Of a stretch of 64,000 bases of DNA, positions 1-11,800 are shown piece after piece. The stretch lies in the IMG/VR virus record IMGVR_UViG_3300005573_001035, positions 64,001 to 128,000 of that record; one strand, given 5' to 3'. Below the pieces are notes generated by a model. That model did not search any database, was not told the DNA's origin, and saw nothing but the letters and a program-made list of their open reading frames with translations. The stretch comes from a virus. How positions within the stretch are numbered: position 1 is the stretch's first letter; every line of letters begins with the position of its first letter. A program made the position numbers and the translations under genes.

Positions 1-81
1 GGGGGACTACTATTTAGTAAGAAATCATTTCGTTGGGTTATTAGTTTATAATCTGGTTTGATTATGCTTCGACTATAAGGA

Positions 82-1911
82 CTAATTAGAACTGTGATGT
101 AATCTCCATCCTTTTCCAGCATTGGCAAAGTCTCCATTATTGATTCGTTCAGTTCTATCTTCTTCCTTCTTGCATAAAGATTCATTGCTGGTGGTGGCAG
201 TGGAAGGTATCATACTAGTATTCGAAAAATTAGAAGGTACTTGTTGTGGTTGAGAGCAGTACATAGCCCTAAAAGAATCAGAAAAAGGTCTATCATGAGG
301 CCAGTTTACAGACCAACAAAACGCATATGGATTATCTCCACTAGGATACATTCTAGATAGTTCCTTTGAAGAAACGAAAAATATATCTCGACCCAAGTAC
401 TGACCACAAGTTAGATCATTTTCATTAGTGAGCAGATCAGAGAAAACTTCTGGGAATGTTGGAGAGATAATTATTGTTCTGTCTGGATTGGCCGCAAGGA
501 TATCTCCCAACGCACTCTTGAAAAGAATGTTGTCTCCTACCCCTCCAGTAGCCAGGCAGATTCTAGGAGGAAGAATCTTCACGCCAAATCTCTCATCAAT
601 GATGGAAAGAAGAGTTACCATTTGCTCTTGTAACTGGTCATTAGAAATACCTCGCATTCCTCCCATCGGATACGCGAAGTTAGTTACCCTCGCCCGAGTA
701 TCCACATGTAAAGATAATCCAGATAGAAACAAAGAATTCGTAAATAGAACATGAAACCACGTTAAGAAATCTGGAGAAAATCTTGAATCGTAACAAGAAA
801 ACTCTTTTACATAACCTATGTCAGGTTTCCTACATACGTATGAACTCACCAAGTACTCATTCCCAGTTAAAAGATAAGGATTAGGAATAAAGCGCTCACC
901 AAATTGCACACTAGGAAAGATAGAAAAAGTCTTAAGAATGTTTCTAGAAATAAACTCATAGATCAATCCATCACGAGGAAGAAGAATACTTGGAGAAACT
1001 GCACCCAAAGAAGAGTCTTCTTGAAAGTGCTCTAATAAGAAAGCCAAAGCATCCGGGGCCACGATATGATCATCAGATAAGAACCAACATAAATCTTCCA
1101 CCAAATCCAAAGCTTGGATAATAGAATCAAATTTACTTCCGCCTTTCTTTAATGGATGACCCACTAGAATTTCACATCCTTTTGAAGAAGCAAGGGAGAA
1201 GATGCCACTAAAATCAGCAATAGAAGGCAAATCTAAAGGTGACTCACTAGAGTCGATTATCACAATTCTATTAGGTACCCTCAGTTGGTTCACAAGGGAA
1301 ATCAGAACCATGCTTAAGCAGGAGTATCGATCTTTTGTAGGAATAATACATGTGACATGCTCTCGGTTCTCTTCTAGTTGAGGCATTAGAGATTCCTCTT
1401 TCTTCAAGCGTAGGTACTCAATGCAAATAACTTGTTGTAAATCATTCGTTTCTTCCCATGGAAAATCTCGAATATTGCCTTTCGAGTTAATAAATGTTTT
1501 CTTCGCTCTGATTCCAGGTAAGGGTATAGCAATAGGTTCTTTGATATCTGAACTAAATGGAGCTACAAAAAAGAACTTGTAGAATCCAAATTCAGTTTCT
1601 AATCTCAGGTAGCTTTTTGCTATGGTGGCAACCTCGTCAATGCTACTACATAGAAACAAAGCAATCTTCTTCTTGCCCGCACCATTACCTTTAGTAGGAA
1701 TTAGTAATCTGGAAACCTTTACAATTCTCGAACTCAAGAAATCTCCCACGCTTAGCTGAGAAAACTTCTTAGCTACCCCCAACAGAAACTCACTACAAAA
1801 ATCTGGGACGATAATTTCTAGTAAGAATTCTGGATTCTTGGCCAATGATTTTGTTAGAAGAATTCTAGAATAAACTGCTTGGATCTGAGAGTTCGTTATA
1901 CTTTCTGGCAT
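82..1911 (-). CDS. Multi-domain glycosyltransferase (GT2/GT-A domain plus C-terminal GT9-like segment)
   Basis: GT2-type VTCIIPTKDR...RIVIIDSS and WFLSDDHIV. The later ATGGVGDNILF...NPDRTIII resembles the start of GT9/heptosyltransferase-like domains. Confidence 0.8.
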   Translation of the reverse strand: MPESITNSQIQAVYSRILLTKSLAKNPEFLLEIIVPDFCSEFLLGVAKKFSQLSVGDFLSSRIVKVSRLLIPTKGNGAGKKKIALFLCSSIDEVATIAKSYLRLETEFGFYKFFFVAPFSSDIKEPIAIPLPGIRAKKTFINSKGNIRDFPWEETNDLQQVICIEYLRLKKEESLMPQLEENREHVTCIIPTKDRYSCLSMVLISLVNQLRVPNRIVIIDSSESPLDLPSIADFSGIFSLASSKGCEILVGHPLKKGGSKFDSIIQALDLVEDLCWFLSDDHIVAPDALAFLLEHFQEDSSLGAVSPSILLPRDGLIYEFISRNILKTFSIFPSVQFGERFIPNPYLLTGNEYLVSSYVCRKPDIGYVKEFSCYDSRFSPDFLTWFHVLFTNSLFLSGLSLHVDTRARVTNFAYPMGGMRGISNDQLQEQMVTLLSIIDERFGVKILPPRICLATGGVGDNILFKSALGDILAANPDRTIIISPTFPEVFSDLLTNENDLTCGQYLGRDIFFVSSKELSRMYPSGDNPYAFCWSVNWPHDRPFSDSFRAMYCSQPQQVPSNFSNTSMIPSTATTSNESLCKKEEDRTERINNGDFANAGKGWRLHHSSN

Positions 1912-1964
1912 ATTTCTTCTCTCTCTCGTTTTCTACATACTCGTATAAAAAAGAGCATAGAGAT

Positions 1965-3992
1965 TTAAACCGTGGTTTGAGCCAAGACTGTTTCAGAAGA
2001 ATTCTCAAACCTAGCACAAAGATAAAGGGTTTTAGGGGAAGTTCCAGATACTTTCAAAAATAAAGCAACATTATTTGAACTGGGATTACTTGGATCAGAA
2101 TCCACTTTATTTAGAATGATTTCTCCTGCCTTTCCAATCCACATTCTATCCACTAAGGTTTGTTCGTTGCTTCCTGCTGCCCCAACTTGACTTGTAGCTA
2201 AAATGACTCGTCCGGGGGTTCCAGATCCAGTTGCCGCTCCACCTGCAACTCTAAAATCTGCTCCTCCGATATTTGTTCCACTTCCCTTAGTTGCAGACAA
2301 TGTAAAATTCCATGGACTAGAACTTAACACACCATTTCCCAAGAACCCACTATAACAGGGACCTATAACCAGTTGGTAACTAGCAGTTGGCCTAATGCCC
2401 TGGTTTCCAATAGCTACGACACCAGACAAAGCATCCGTAGTTGGTCCACAATCATAACCTATGCATACCGAATCTATAAGATTTATAACTCTGGAACCTG
2501 CAAGTCCACCAACAAGAACAGATCTTGTTAAGTTGCTACCACTAAATCCTGTCCTATAACCTAGAAATGTCCCGTAATCAGCATAGTTGGCTGAGGTTAT
2601 GCTCGACTCACCTATTGCGCAGATATTAGAAGAGGTTAACCCTCTTCCAGCCATGTATCCAATAATGACGCTGGAGTTAGTACTGCATGTTTCTCCAGCA
2701 AATGCCCCAACAAACACATTCCCAGAAAGATTCCCTATAGGGCCCCTAGCTGCATAGTAACCTAGAACGCAATTATAACTAAACGTTCGAATGTCTGACT
2801 GGCTCATAGCAAGATATCCAACCACTGAGTTGCCTACATAATAGCAGCCAGATGCATTACAAGCACTAATCCCAATAATAACTTGGCCTCCGGTTCCTGA
2901 CGTATACGCTACTGAATTATAACCCATTACAATACTAGAACTGTAGCCACTTGAATTATATCCAACCCAGTGACCAATGAAAATCCCACCACCTGCTCCA
3001 TTAGCTCTCCCAGCATTATTACCAATCGCTACTGCGTTAGAAAATCCACTTGCACCATAACCTGCATAGTTACCAATCATAACGGAAGTATTGCCCCCAG
3101 AACAATAAGCCGCAGAATACTGGCCAATAGCAACACTTCCGCTTATATTACTGTAATAACTGTAACCAGCGTAATAACCTATACAAACCGAACCTTTCGA
3201 ATTTGTAAAATCTATTCCGCCAAAATGACAGTACTGACCAATTGAAACCGAATAAGCAGGGCCACTAATACCTGTTCCAATAGAAATCGTGTATGGACCA
3301 ACTGAATTTACAGTTCCACTAAGAGCTATGGCTAAGCTTCCGTACTGACCAGTGGTTGCTGCAGTACCAATGGCAATCGTAGCGGCGCTGCCAGAGAAAA
3401 GGTTGCCATGACCCGACCTAACAATTTGACCGGAATACAAATCAAGATATCGAACAGATACCGCGTTAGTGGCAAGATAAAGTGGAGACTGGTTCCCTGG
3501 TCCATCTGTCACAACTTGCCAGGTTGTAGATAATGTACTAGCTGTCTTTAGATTATACGTTCCTGTCCCGCTCCACCCCGAGTACCCCGAAAACCCTGAG
3601 TATCCTGAATAGCCACTCGAGCCGGGGTTATCTCCCGAATACCCACTATAACCTGAGTAACCACTAGTGCCTGGGTTATCTCCCGAGAATCCAGAATAGC
3701 CACTAAAACCAGAATACCCCGAATAGCCACTCGATCCAGAATACCCGCTAAAACCAGAATACCCCGAATAGCCACTTTCGCCCTTAGGGCCAATGTCTCC
3801 CGAATACCCGCTATAGCCTGAATAACCACTAGTGCCAGGGTTATCTCCTGAGTACCCACTAAAACCAGACACTCCGCTCCATCCGGAGTAACCACTAAAA
3901 CCAGACAAACCACTCCTACCTGAGTAGCCTGAGAAACCAGAAAGCCCCTCAAAACGAGTCTTAGAGTAACCACTTACAGAAATGATTTTCAT
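1965..3992 (-). CDS. Tail fibre/adhesin: N-terminal SG(F/Y) repeat plus YadA-head-like beta-roll repeats
   Basis: About 126 aa of SGF/SGY repeat, followed by many S/N-V-(A/C/I)-IG-x-x-A(G) units typical of trimeric beta-roll fibre heads. Confidence 0.7.
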   Translation of the reverse strand: MKIISVSGYSKTRFEGLSGFSGYSGRSGLSGFSGYSGWSGVSGFSGYSGDNPGTSGYSGYSGYSGDIGPKGESGYSGYSGFSGYSGSSGYSGYSGFSGYSGFSGDNPGTSGYSGYSGYSGDNPGSSGYSGYSGFSGYSGWSGTGTYNLKTASTLSTTWQVVTDGPGNQSPLYLATNAVSVRYLDLYSGQIVRSGHGNLFSGSAATIAIGTAATTGQYGSLAIALSGTVNSVGPYTISIGTGISGPAYSVSIGQYCHFGGIDFTNSKGSVCIGYYAGYSYYSNISGSVAIGQYSAAYCSGGNTSVMIGNYAGYGASGFSNAVAIGNNAGRANGAGGGIFIGHWVGYNSSGYSSSIVMGYNSVAYTSGTGGQVIIGISACNASGCYYVGNSVVGYLAMSQSDIRTFSYNCVLGYYAARGPIGNLSGNVFVGAFAGETCSTNSSVIIGYMAGRGLTSSNICAIGESSITSANYADYGTFLGYRTGFSGSNLTRSVLVGGLAGSRVINLIDSVCIGYDCGPTTDALSGVVAIGNQGIRPTASYQLVIGPCYSGFLGNGVLSSSPWNFTLSATKGSGTNIGGADFRVAGGAATGSGTPGRVILATSQVGAAGSNEQTLVDRMWIGKAGEIILNKVDSDPSNPSSNNVALFLKVSGTSPKTLYLCARFENSSETVLAQTTV
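3567..3944 (-). repeat. Coding Gly-X-Ser triplet repeat with three GDNPG interruptions
   Basis: Directly visible 9-bp-period degenerate repeat. Confidence 0.95.
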
Positions 3993-4067
3993 TCTCTTGG
4001 CTCCAAGAATCCAAGTTTACTCGAAAAAGACTAGAATAATCTTCCAAAGATTCATTCTTTTTTCCCT

Positions 4068-5615
4068 CTACTCTGAGCAACCAGCATAGTTCGATTGCCT
4101 TATCAAACCATCAACCTTAGATCTAACATTTATCCTGCTTCCCAGCCCATCGCAAGAAGCAATACTAGAATGAAACAACAACCACTTATTTCCAAATGTC
4201 ACACACCCACCAAAACAAGACGAGAATACAAGTTTCGATGGAGGATAAGCATGGACATATACAGTCCCACTTCTTGAATCTACAAGAAACCAAGAATATG
4301 TAGCTCCAGATGCAAAAAGTTGAGGAATCTGTGTAGTAGAATCTCTAACTGAACGAGATGAGATACTCGCATTTCTATAGAGCGGAACAGAAAATATTAG
4401 AATACCACTAATATACCAATCAACGTAAGCTCCAAAACCACTCAGATTTCCTGGGTAGCCATCCCAGAAAGCAAATGGCGCGCCACTAGAATAAACGCTA
4501 TTTAACCACGATGTAAGAGGATCAGCACTAACCTGTACTGCCCAATGGCTACCATAAAGATACAAGCCTCTGCTGTAATAATTGTACAAACCTATGCCTC
4601 CAGAAATGGAAGTCCAACTAGATCCATCATAGCATGTTATAGGAACGTATCCGCTCCCACTTATAATTGAGGTCGCCATCAGATAATCATTTACAACATT
4701 AAGTCGGTTAAAAATAGCGCTAGAGTCACCAACTCCCGCCATAGATTTAGAAACAAAAGAAAAAGAAGTACCATCAAAAACCACAATTTTCGAAGACGTA
4801 TTATCCGATGCCGTTACCATGTTATGGGTTGCCATATAGAGCTTATCTTTATAGACTCGCATAGAACGAAAGTACAGGTCGTCACTACTCAGACCAATAT
4901 CAGAATGCGTATAGATCCTGGAAACCTCATTCGTATCAGGAGAAAAAACTACTAGTTTAGACTTTCTCGAATTGTTGCATTGAACTGAGCAGTACAATTC
5001 GTCTCTATAAACCTCCATCGCCCATATACCCGTGTAGAACTCACCTTGGACCAAATCAGAAGAAGGCATTGAGAGAGAAGACCAGGAATCTTGTCTATAA
5101 TCATAGACAAGAATCTTCGAGTAATCATCATATTCAGTGCTAGGCATCGCAGGTTGAGTAACACCAGTTCTAGGATAACTAGCACTAAATCCCATTGATA
5201 TGTAGACCCTTTCTCCCCAAGCAACTACGCAGGTAAAAGTTGAAGCAAACCCAGTCTTAGCACTAGGAATATTTTCTAGAGTCCCAGTAAGTCCAGGCAG
5301 AGTTCGAAAAAAGCCAGGATAGAGAGTATTCCTGGGTCCTCCACAAGTAGAGCATACAAGATCCATTAAAGAATAAACTTTCCCGCTTTTTGAACCCGAA
5401 GTAAAAGAAAAGTATACGTTTCTTGATTCCTCTAGAACTAAGGCACTAGATACATTTGGTAACAAACCACTAAGCGGAACTGGACTGGTCCCACTAGAAA
5501 AATATACACTCCCCGATTGAAAAGAAAGAACAGGAGTTCCAGATACATAGCTTAAACTTAGAACAGAATTATTCTCAATTGTTTTTTGTCTTCCAAACTT
5601 ATCTATTACTAGCAT
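4068..5615 (-). CDS. Putative beta-propeller virion/receptor-binding protein (paralog 1)
   Basis: Repeated blades such as VYRDELY, VYKDKLYMAT and KIVVFDGTSF. N-terminus MLVIDKFGRQK resembles those of the two neighbours. Confidence 0.6.
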   Translation of the reverse strand: MLVIDKFGRQKTIENNSVLSLSYVSGTPVLSFQSGSVYFSSGTSPVPLSGLLPNVSSALVLEESRNVYFSFTSGSKSGKVYSLMDLVCSTCGGPRNTLYPGFFRTLPGLTGTLENIPSAKTGFASTFTCVVAWGERVYISMGFSASYPRTGVTQPAMPSTEYDDYSKILVYDYRQDSWSSLSMPSSDLVQGEFYTGIWAMEVYRDELYCSVQCNNSRKSKLVVFSPDTNEVSRIYTHSDIGLSSDDLYFRSMRVYKDKLYMATHNMVTASDNTSSKIVVFDGTSFSFVSKSMAGVGDSSAIFNRLNVVNDYLMATSIISGSGYVPITCYDGSSWTSISGGIGLYNYYSRGLYLYGSHWAVQVSADPLTSWLNSVYSSGAPFAFWDGYPGNLSGFGAYVDWYISGILIFSVPLYRNASISSRSVRDSTTQIPQLFASGATYSWFLVDSRSGTVYVHAYPPSKLVFSSCFGGCVTFGNKWLLFHSSIASCDGLGSRINVRSKVDGLIRQSNYAGCSE

Positions 5616-5641
5616 GTTCTTTTCTCGCCTGAACCAAGTTT

Positions 5642-7030
5642 TTACCAGTTCGTTCCCTTACATATAACTTTCGGTCCTAGATTATACATATCGCTAGAGA
5701 CCCAAGCATTGTAAGTAAATATATACAATGACCCATTAAAGACTTTCATGGAATGAATTGATTCACCACTGTTATAACGAATAAACCATTGATAGTTTGG
5801 CATGGTTGAACCAAGATTAGCTTGAAACGGACGACAATCTATTTGAGTATAACATGCAAAACCGACTCCTGTGGTCTGCTTCTGTCCCCCAGCACACAAA
5901 GCCCCATTAAAGTAAGCAAGTGACCAGATATAAACTGGAGGAGTTGATGAACCCCGAGTTATCTCCCTCCACTTAGTGCCATCATAGACAAGAATCTTAG
6001 TACCTTGGTAATCGTAGAGAGAGGTATTCGTACTATACACGCTAATATATAGATAGCTTCCAGTACTCAAAAAAGCCGGAAACAAGGTATGCCCAGCTAC
6101 GCAGTTTATCTGAGATTTTAGTATCGTAGACCAGGTAGTTCCATCATAAACTAGAAGCTTAGCACCATTGATATCGGTAGCAGCAGTTGTATTATAAGTT
6201 CCCATGTAAGCTTTTCCATTGAACTCAGCTAACCCGTTAAAAGAAGTATCCGCATTAACACACCCTAGATTAGATTTTGGGATAAGAACAAAACTGGTCC
6301 CATCAAAAAGTATAATCTTGGCCGCCGTTAGATCGGTAGCAGCAGTCGAATTGCTAGTTGCTAAGAAAAGTTTATTTTGGTAGATTCCCAGGGGCATAAT
6401 TCTGGTATCATTTGCGTTTAGTCCAATGTCACTTTTCGTATAGACTTGGAAATTAGTCCCATCGAACGCTATAAGGCAAGTGGCAGTCCTATCAGTATTA
6501 GTGCTAGAATTTTGCATCTCAAAGTACAATCGGTTCTTATAAACACAAAATTGCCTACTACCACTATGATCTGCAGAAGGTAATCCCATAGCCTGCTTAG
6601 TGTAAGTTGAAAAGGAGGTTCCATCGTATACAAATAACTTAGCCCCGCTAGAGGTATTAGAAACCGTTGAATTTAGACTTGCAAAATAGAGCTTACCTTG
6701 AAATACCTCAGCCCCAGCAAACCCAGTATCATTGGCGTGGGCACCCATTATGGCTTTCGTAAACAACCGGTACGAATCTCCTTTAGGATAGATTAGATCA
6801 ATTAAGTCACTAATTTTGAATGATACTCGGTTGTTTTGAATTCGAATATCTCCATCAATAATATAAGAACTATCTGGATCATAGTTCTTTGTAGAAACTA
6901 GCTTCTTGTTTAAGTCCATATCTCCTAGTACTATGTAATGTTTAGTTCTGGCAGATGAGTCACTATCAAGAAACCAATATAGGTCATTGCTTGTTACTTT
7001 CTTTTCACCTTTATTTGTAATGACTTTCAT
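5642..7030 (-). CDS. Putative beta-propeller virion/receptor-binding protein (paralog 2)
   Basis: Five repeats of roughly 55 aa containing K-x-x-(V/A/L)(Y/F)DGT-x-(F/W). Confidence 0.65.
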   Translation of the reverse strand: MKVITNKGEKKVTSNDLYWFLDSDSSARTKHYIVLGDMDLNKKLVSTKNYDPDSSYIIDGDIRIQNNRVSFKISDLIDLIYPKGDSYRLFTKAIMGAHANDTGFAGAEVFQGKLYFASLNSTVSNTSSGAKLFVYDGTSFSTYTKQAMGLPSADHSGSRQFCVYKNRLYFEMQNSSTNTDRTATCLIAFDGTNFQVYTKSDIGLNANDTRIMPLGIYQNKLFLATSNSTAATDLTAAKIILFDGTSFVLIPKSNLGCVNADTSFNGLAEFNGKAYMGTYNTTAATDINGAKLLVYDGTTWSTILKSQINCVAGHTLFPAFLSTGSYLYISVYSTNTSLYDYQGTKILVYDGTKWREITRGSSTPPVYIWSLAYFNGALCAGGQKQTTGVGFACYTQIDCRPFQANLGSTMPNYQWFIRYNSGESIHSMKVFNGSLYIFTYNAWVSSDMYNLGPKVICKGTNW

Positions 7031-7060
7031 AAATCTCCTATACTCCTCCTCTCCCTCTTC

Positions 7061-8443
7061 TTAGTACCATACTCTTCCAGGAGGTCTAATAACTAAGATC
7101 TTCGCAGCAGAAGAATCCATATTTGATGATGGGTTGCTTGTCATAATGTACAAATCGTAGTTAAAACTAGTAGGAAACAAACCAATATCTCCAGAAACCA
7201 AAGGTCCTGGCAAGTTTGTCTTCGGAAAAAACGTTGGAGAGTACCCAAGTCTTTGAACTGAAATTTGAGACCCACTTAGATCCATCCTTTGGATGCTAGA
7301 TAGCTCGTTCCCAATAATCAAAGCATCATCCCAAATCGTTGTTTGGATACTCCTAGTACTACCGCTAATAACTGGATTGGTCTCAGCATATGAATTTAGT
7401 AGATATATTTGGGGTCGGAACCACAAACTTATAGAATGCGCACCAGAATAACGAGTCATTATAAATCCATAGTCAGCAACCCATCTTGAACCAGAATTAA
7501 ACTCCCTATAAGTTTCCGGCATTCTATAACCACTCCAGGTTATACCATCGAACGTAACATAGTGATAATAGTCAGAAGTCCCAGAACAAACTGAACCTAC
7601 GAAGGCCGCCCCATATGATGGAACAAAGAATATGGGAACAAACTCATAAACGTAAGCGCCACTAAATAGACTAGTCTTAGGAATACCAGAACATCCAGTC
7701 CCACTAAAGATATAGATTTTTGCCACGTTAGTTGCGTGCGTAGAATAAGATCCAAAGATTATTCTATTGTCGCCAAACTTGATACCATTAGCAAGGATTC
7801 TTTCGTTAGCCGTTATACCTAGGTTACCCTTAGTGAGATAGGTCCAAGTTGTACCATCAAAACAAAGAATTTTAGTTGCTGTCGCATCTGTAGCGACCGT
7901 TGCATTATCAGAGACAAAATATAACTTGCCACTTATATCCCCAAGAAACTTAACGCTGTCCGAAGCCCCAATATTTGTTTGGGATCTCGTATAGTACTGA
8001 AATTGGCTTCCATCAAAAACATATAACTTACGTCCATTAGCATCTGTACTTGCGGACGAGTTGTCTGTTATAAAATACAACTTGTTATCATAAACTACCA
8101 AAGGACGAAACCCAGTATCAGCACTTACGCATCCAGGAATATCTGCCTTGGTAATTACCTGGGGAGGAGATCCTTTTCGAGTTAAGAATTCATAGATGGC
8201 CGATAAACTTCCTCTCGTAAATTTAGCCTCGTTTACAAGGTCTCTAACAACGATATCGCCAGACACGATTGTCATTCGACAAGTAGGGTCCAAGTCTCCA
8301 ACATTACTAGACCCAACTAAGATTTTCGTATAAGGATTGACTAAACCAATAGTTGTTTTCCCATCAGAGCTTGCTTGGTCTGGACCCCCCTTCCAGTCAC
8401 ATGCTTTGGTTTTTTCTCTTCCGTTCTTATCGATAATCTTCAT
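7061..8443 (-). CDS. Putative beta-propeller virion/receptor-binding protein (paralog 3)
   Basis: KLYVFDGSQF, KILCFDGTTW and VTFDGITW repeats. N-terminus MKIIDKNGREK. Confidence 0.65.
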   Translation of the reverse strand: MKIIDKNGREKTKACDWKGGPDQASSDGKTTIGLVNPYTKILVGSSNVGDLDPTCRMTIVSGDIVVRDLVNEAKFTRGSLSAIYEFLTRKGSPPQVITKADIPGCVSADTGFRPLVVYDNKLYFITDNSSASTDANGRKLYVFDGSQFQYYTRSQTNIGASDSVKFLGDISGKLYFVSDNATVATDATATKILCFDGTTWTYLTKGNLGITANERILANGIKFGDNRIIFGSYSTHATNVAKIYIFSGTGCSGIPKTSLFSGAYVYEFVPIFFVPSYGAAFVGSVCSGTSDYYHYVTFDGITWSGYRMPETYREFNSGSRWVADYGFIMTRYSGAHSISLWFRPQIYLLNSYAETNPVISGSTRSIQTTIWDDALIIGNELSSIQRMDLSGSQISVQRLGYSPTFFPKTNLPGPLVSGDIGLFPTSFNYDLYIMTSNPSSNMDSSAAKILVIRPPGRVWY

Positions 8444-8471
8444 CGTTTCCTAGAAAGCCCCCCCTAGAATG

Positions 8472-8807
8472 CTAAGAAGCATCTCCCCAACTAGCAACAA
8501 ACTCCAAAGCACTAGTTGGAGTTGATCCTAGTACAACTTCGATGCTTTTCGAAGAAGAGTCCAGAACTATAACCTCATTCACATCTCCAAAAATGAACGT
8601 ATCTCCGCCATCTAGGGTTCCAGACCATATACGTCGGTAACTAGAATTATTATTGACTCGAATTGAAACTGAGATTCCCCCATTTGCTTCAGGATTATAG
8701 ATAGAAAAGTACTTGACTATTCGTCTTCCAGAACTAGGTCCAGATACAATCGTTACTGGGCTTGTAGAACTAATTGTTCCATCATTTCCACCTTCTTGGA
8801 ATGCCAT
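8472..8807 (-). CDS. Small all-beta virion protein, possibly a fibre-associated domain
   Basis: 111 aa beta-rich ORF with an AGGAGG RBS, immediately downstream of the long repeat fibre gene. Confidence 0.5.
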   Translation of the reverse strand: MAFQEGGNDGTISSTSPVTIVSGPSSGRRIVKYFSIYNPEANGGISVSIRVNNNSSYRRIWSGTLDGGDTFIFGDVNEVIVLDSSSKSIEVVLGSTPTSALEFVASWGDAS

Positions 8808-8852
8808 CGCTTGTACTAGACCTCCTTTTTCTCAAGTAAAAAAGATTCTTTC

Positions 8853-11800
8853 TTATAGTCCAAACCAAGATCTTTGGACTGCTTCGGAAACATCTCCTGT
8901 TCCCCCGCCCCCACTAATTGTTACTCGAACTAGGCCACCCCCCACATCTTCCGCAACAACTGCGGTTCCCACAAAGTTTAGCCCCGAGATACTCGCAAGA
9001 ACTAAATTTCCTTCATCATATACCGCTATATCTTGACCTGCTCCACTATAGCCTGAGATTCCCGAGTAGCCACTCACGCCTGAGTAACCAGAATAACCAC
9101 TCGAACCAGGATTATCGCCCGAATAACCTGAGAAACCACTAAAACCCGAGTATCCCGAATAGCCACTTGAACCAGAATACCCACTGAAACCCGAGTATCC
9201 ATTAACACCACTATAACCTGAATAGCCACTAAAACCACTTATTCCTGAGTAGCCAGAGAAACCACTTGTTCCTGAGTAACCAGAATAACCAGAATAACCA
9301 CTCGAACCAGGGTTATCACCCGAGAATCCTGAGTAGCCAGAGAAACCACTTGTTCCTGAGTAGCCAGAGAAACCACTAAAACCCGAATACCCACTAAAAC
9401 CACTCGTACCTGTGGGGCCTTGAGGACCAGAATACCCAGAGAAACCACTCGTACCAGAGTAGCCAGAGAAACCACTTGTTCCTGAGTAGCCAGAATAACC
9501 GCTCGAACCCGGATTATCTCCTGAAAAGCCAGAATAACCACTAAATCCACTCTTCCCAGAGAAACCACTAAAACCAGAATACCCACTAAAACCACTCGTA
9601 CCTGTGGGGCCTTGTGGCCCAGAATACCCAGAGAAACCACTCGTACCAGAATAACCCGAGAAACCACTCACACCTGAGTAACCAGAATAACCGCTTGAAC
9701 CAGGGTTATCACCTGAGAATCCTGAGTACCCCGAAAACCCTGAGTATCCCGAATAGCCACTCGAGCCGGGATTATCGCCCGAGAATCCTGAGTAGCCTGA
9801 GAAACCACTCAAGCCACTGTAACCAGAAAAACCACTCGTACCAGAATACCCAGAAAAACCGCTTACGCCAGAATAGCCACTAAAACCACTCCTACCAGAG
9901 TAACCCGAGAAACCACTCACGCCTGAGTAACCAGAATAACCACTCGAACCAGGGTTATCGCCCGAGAATCCCGAGTAACCACTAAATCCACTCCTACCAG
10001 AGTAACCCGAGAAACCACTCACGCCTGAGTAGCCAGAATAACCACTTATTCCGGCGGGACCTTGAAGACCAGAATAGCCAGAGAAACCGCTTACGCCAGA
10101 ATAGCCACTAAAACCACTTATACCTGAGTATCCCGAATAACCACTCGAACCAGGATTATCGCCCGAGTATCCTGAGTAACCACTAAATCCACTCGTACCA
10201 GAATACCCCGAAAAACCACTTACTCCCGAGTATCCTGAGTAACCACTTATTCCAGCAGGACCCTGAGGACCAGAATACCCGGAGAAACCACTCGTACCTT
10301 CAGGACCTTGTGGGCCAGAGTACCCACTGAATCCACTAAAACCTGAGTAGCCACTAAAGCCGCTTGTTCCTTCAGGACCTTGTGAACCAGAATACCCACT
10401 GAATCCACTTACACCAGAGTAACCAGAGAAACCGCTTGTTCCTTCAGGACCTTGTGGACCGGAATATCCCGAGAACCCACTTACTCCTGAATAACCACTA
10501 AAGCCGCTAGTTCCTTGAGGACCCTGAGGTCCAGAAAAACCTGAGTAGCCAGAGAAACCACTTATTCCAGCGGGACCTTGAGGACCAGAATAACCCGAGA
10601 AACCACTCACTCCTGAGTAACCACTAAAGCCGCTTGTTCCTTCAGGACCTTGTGGACCGGAATATCCCGAGAACCCACTAAAACCTGAGTATCCTGAGTA
10701 ACCACTCGAGCCAGGGCTATCTCCAGAATAACCCGAGAATCCACTAAAACCTGAGTATCCTGAATAGCCACTCGAGCCAGGGCTATCTCCAGAATAACCC
10801 GAGAATCCACTAAAACCTGAGTATCCTGAATAGCCACTCGAGCCAGGCATATCGCCGCTATAGCCCGAGAATCCACTAAAACCAGAATACCCACTAAAAC
10901 CACTTATTCCTTCAGGTCCTTGTGGACCAGAGTAGCCAGAGAAACCACTAAAACCTGAGTAGCCAGAATAACCACTTATTCCAGTGGGACCTTGTGGTCC
11001 AGAATAACCCGAGAATCCACTAAAACCAGAATACCCACTAAAACCACTTATTCCTTCAGGTCCTTGAGAGCCAGAATAACCCGAGAAACCACTCACTCCT
11101 GAGTAGCCACTAAAACCAGAAACACCTTCTAACCCAGAATATCCTGAGAAACCGCTCGTACCAGAATACCCACTAAAACCGCTAGTTCCTGCAGGACCCT
11201 GAGGACCAGAATACCCGGAGAAACCACTTGTGCCCGAATAACCACTAAAACCAGATGTTCCCGAAACGCCTTGAGGTCCAGAATATCCTGAGAAGCCACT
11301 AAAACCAGAATACCCACTAAAACCGCTAGTTCCTGCTGGTCCTTGAGGTCCAGAATATCCTGAGAAGCCACTAAAACCTGAGTATCCTGAGTAACCACTC
11401 GAACCGGGTATATCGCCACTATAACCCGAGAATCCACTAAAACCAGAATACCCACTAAAACCACTAGTTCCTGCTGGTCCTTGAGGTCCAGAATACCCTG
11501 AGAATCCACTAAAACCTGAGTAACCACTCGAGCCAGCAGGGCCCTGGGGTCCTGAGAAACCGCTAGAACCTGAGTAGCCAGAGAAACCACTTATTCCAGC
11601 GGGACCTTGAGGACCAGAGTAACCAGAAAAACCACTAAAACCTGAGTATCCAGAATAACCACTTATTCCAGCGGGACCTTGAGGACCAGAGTAACCAGAA
11701 AAACCACTTGCGCCAGAATAGCCACTTGAGCCAGGAAGATCACCACTAAAACCCGAGTATCCCGAATAGCCACTCCACCCGCTTACTCCAGAATAACCTG

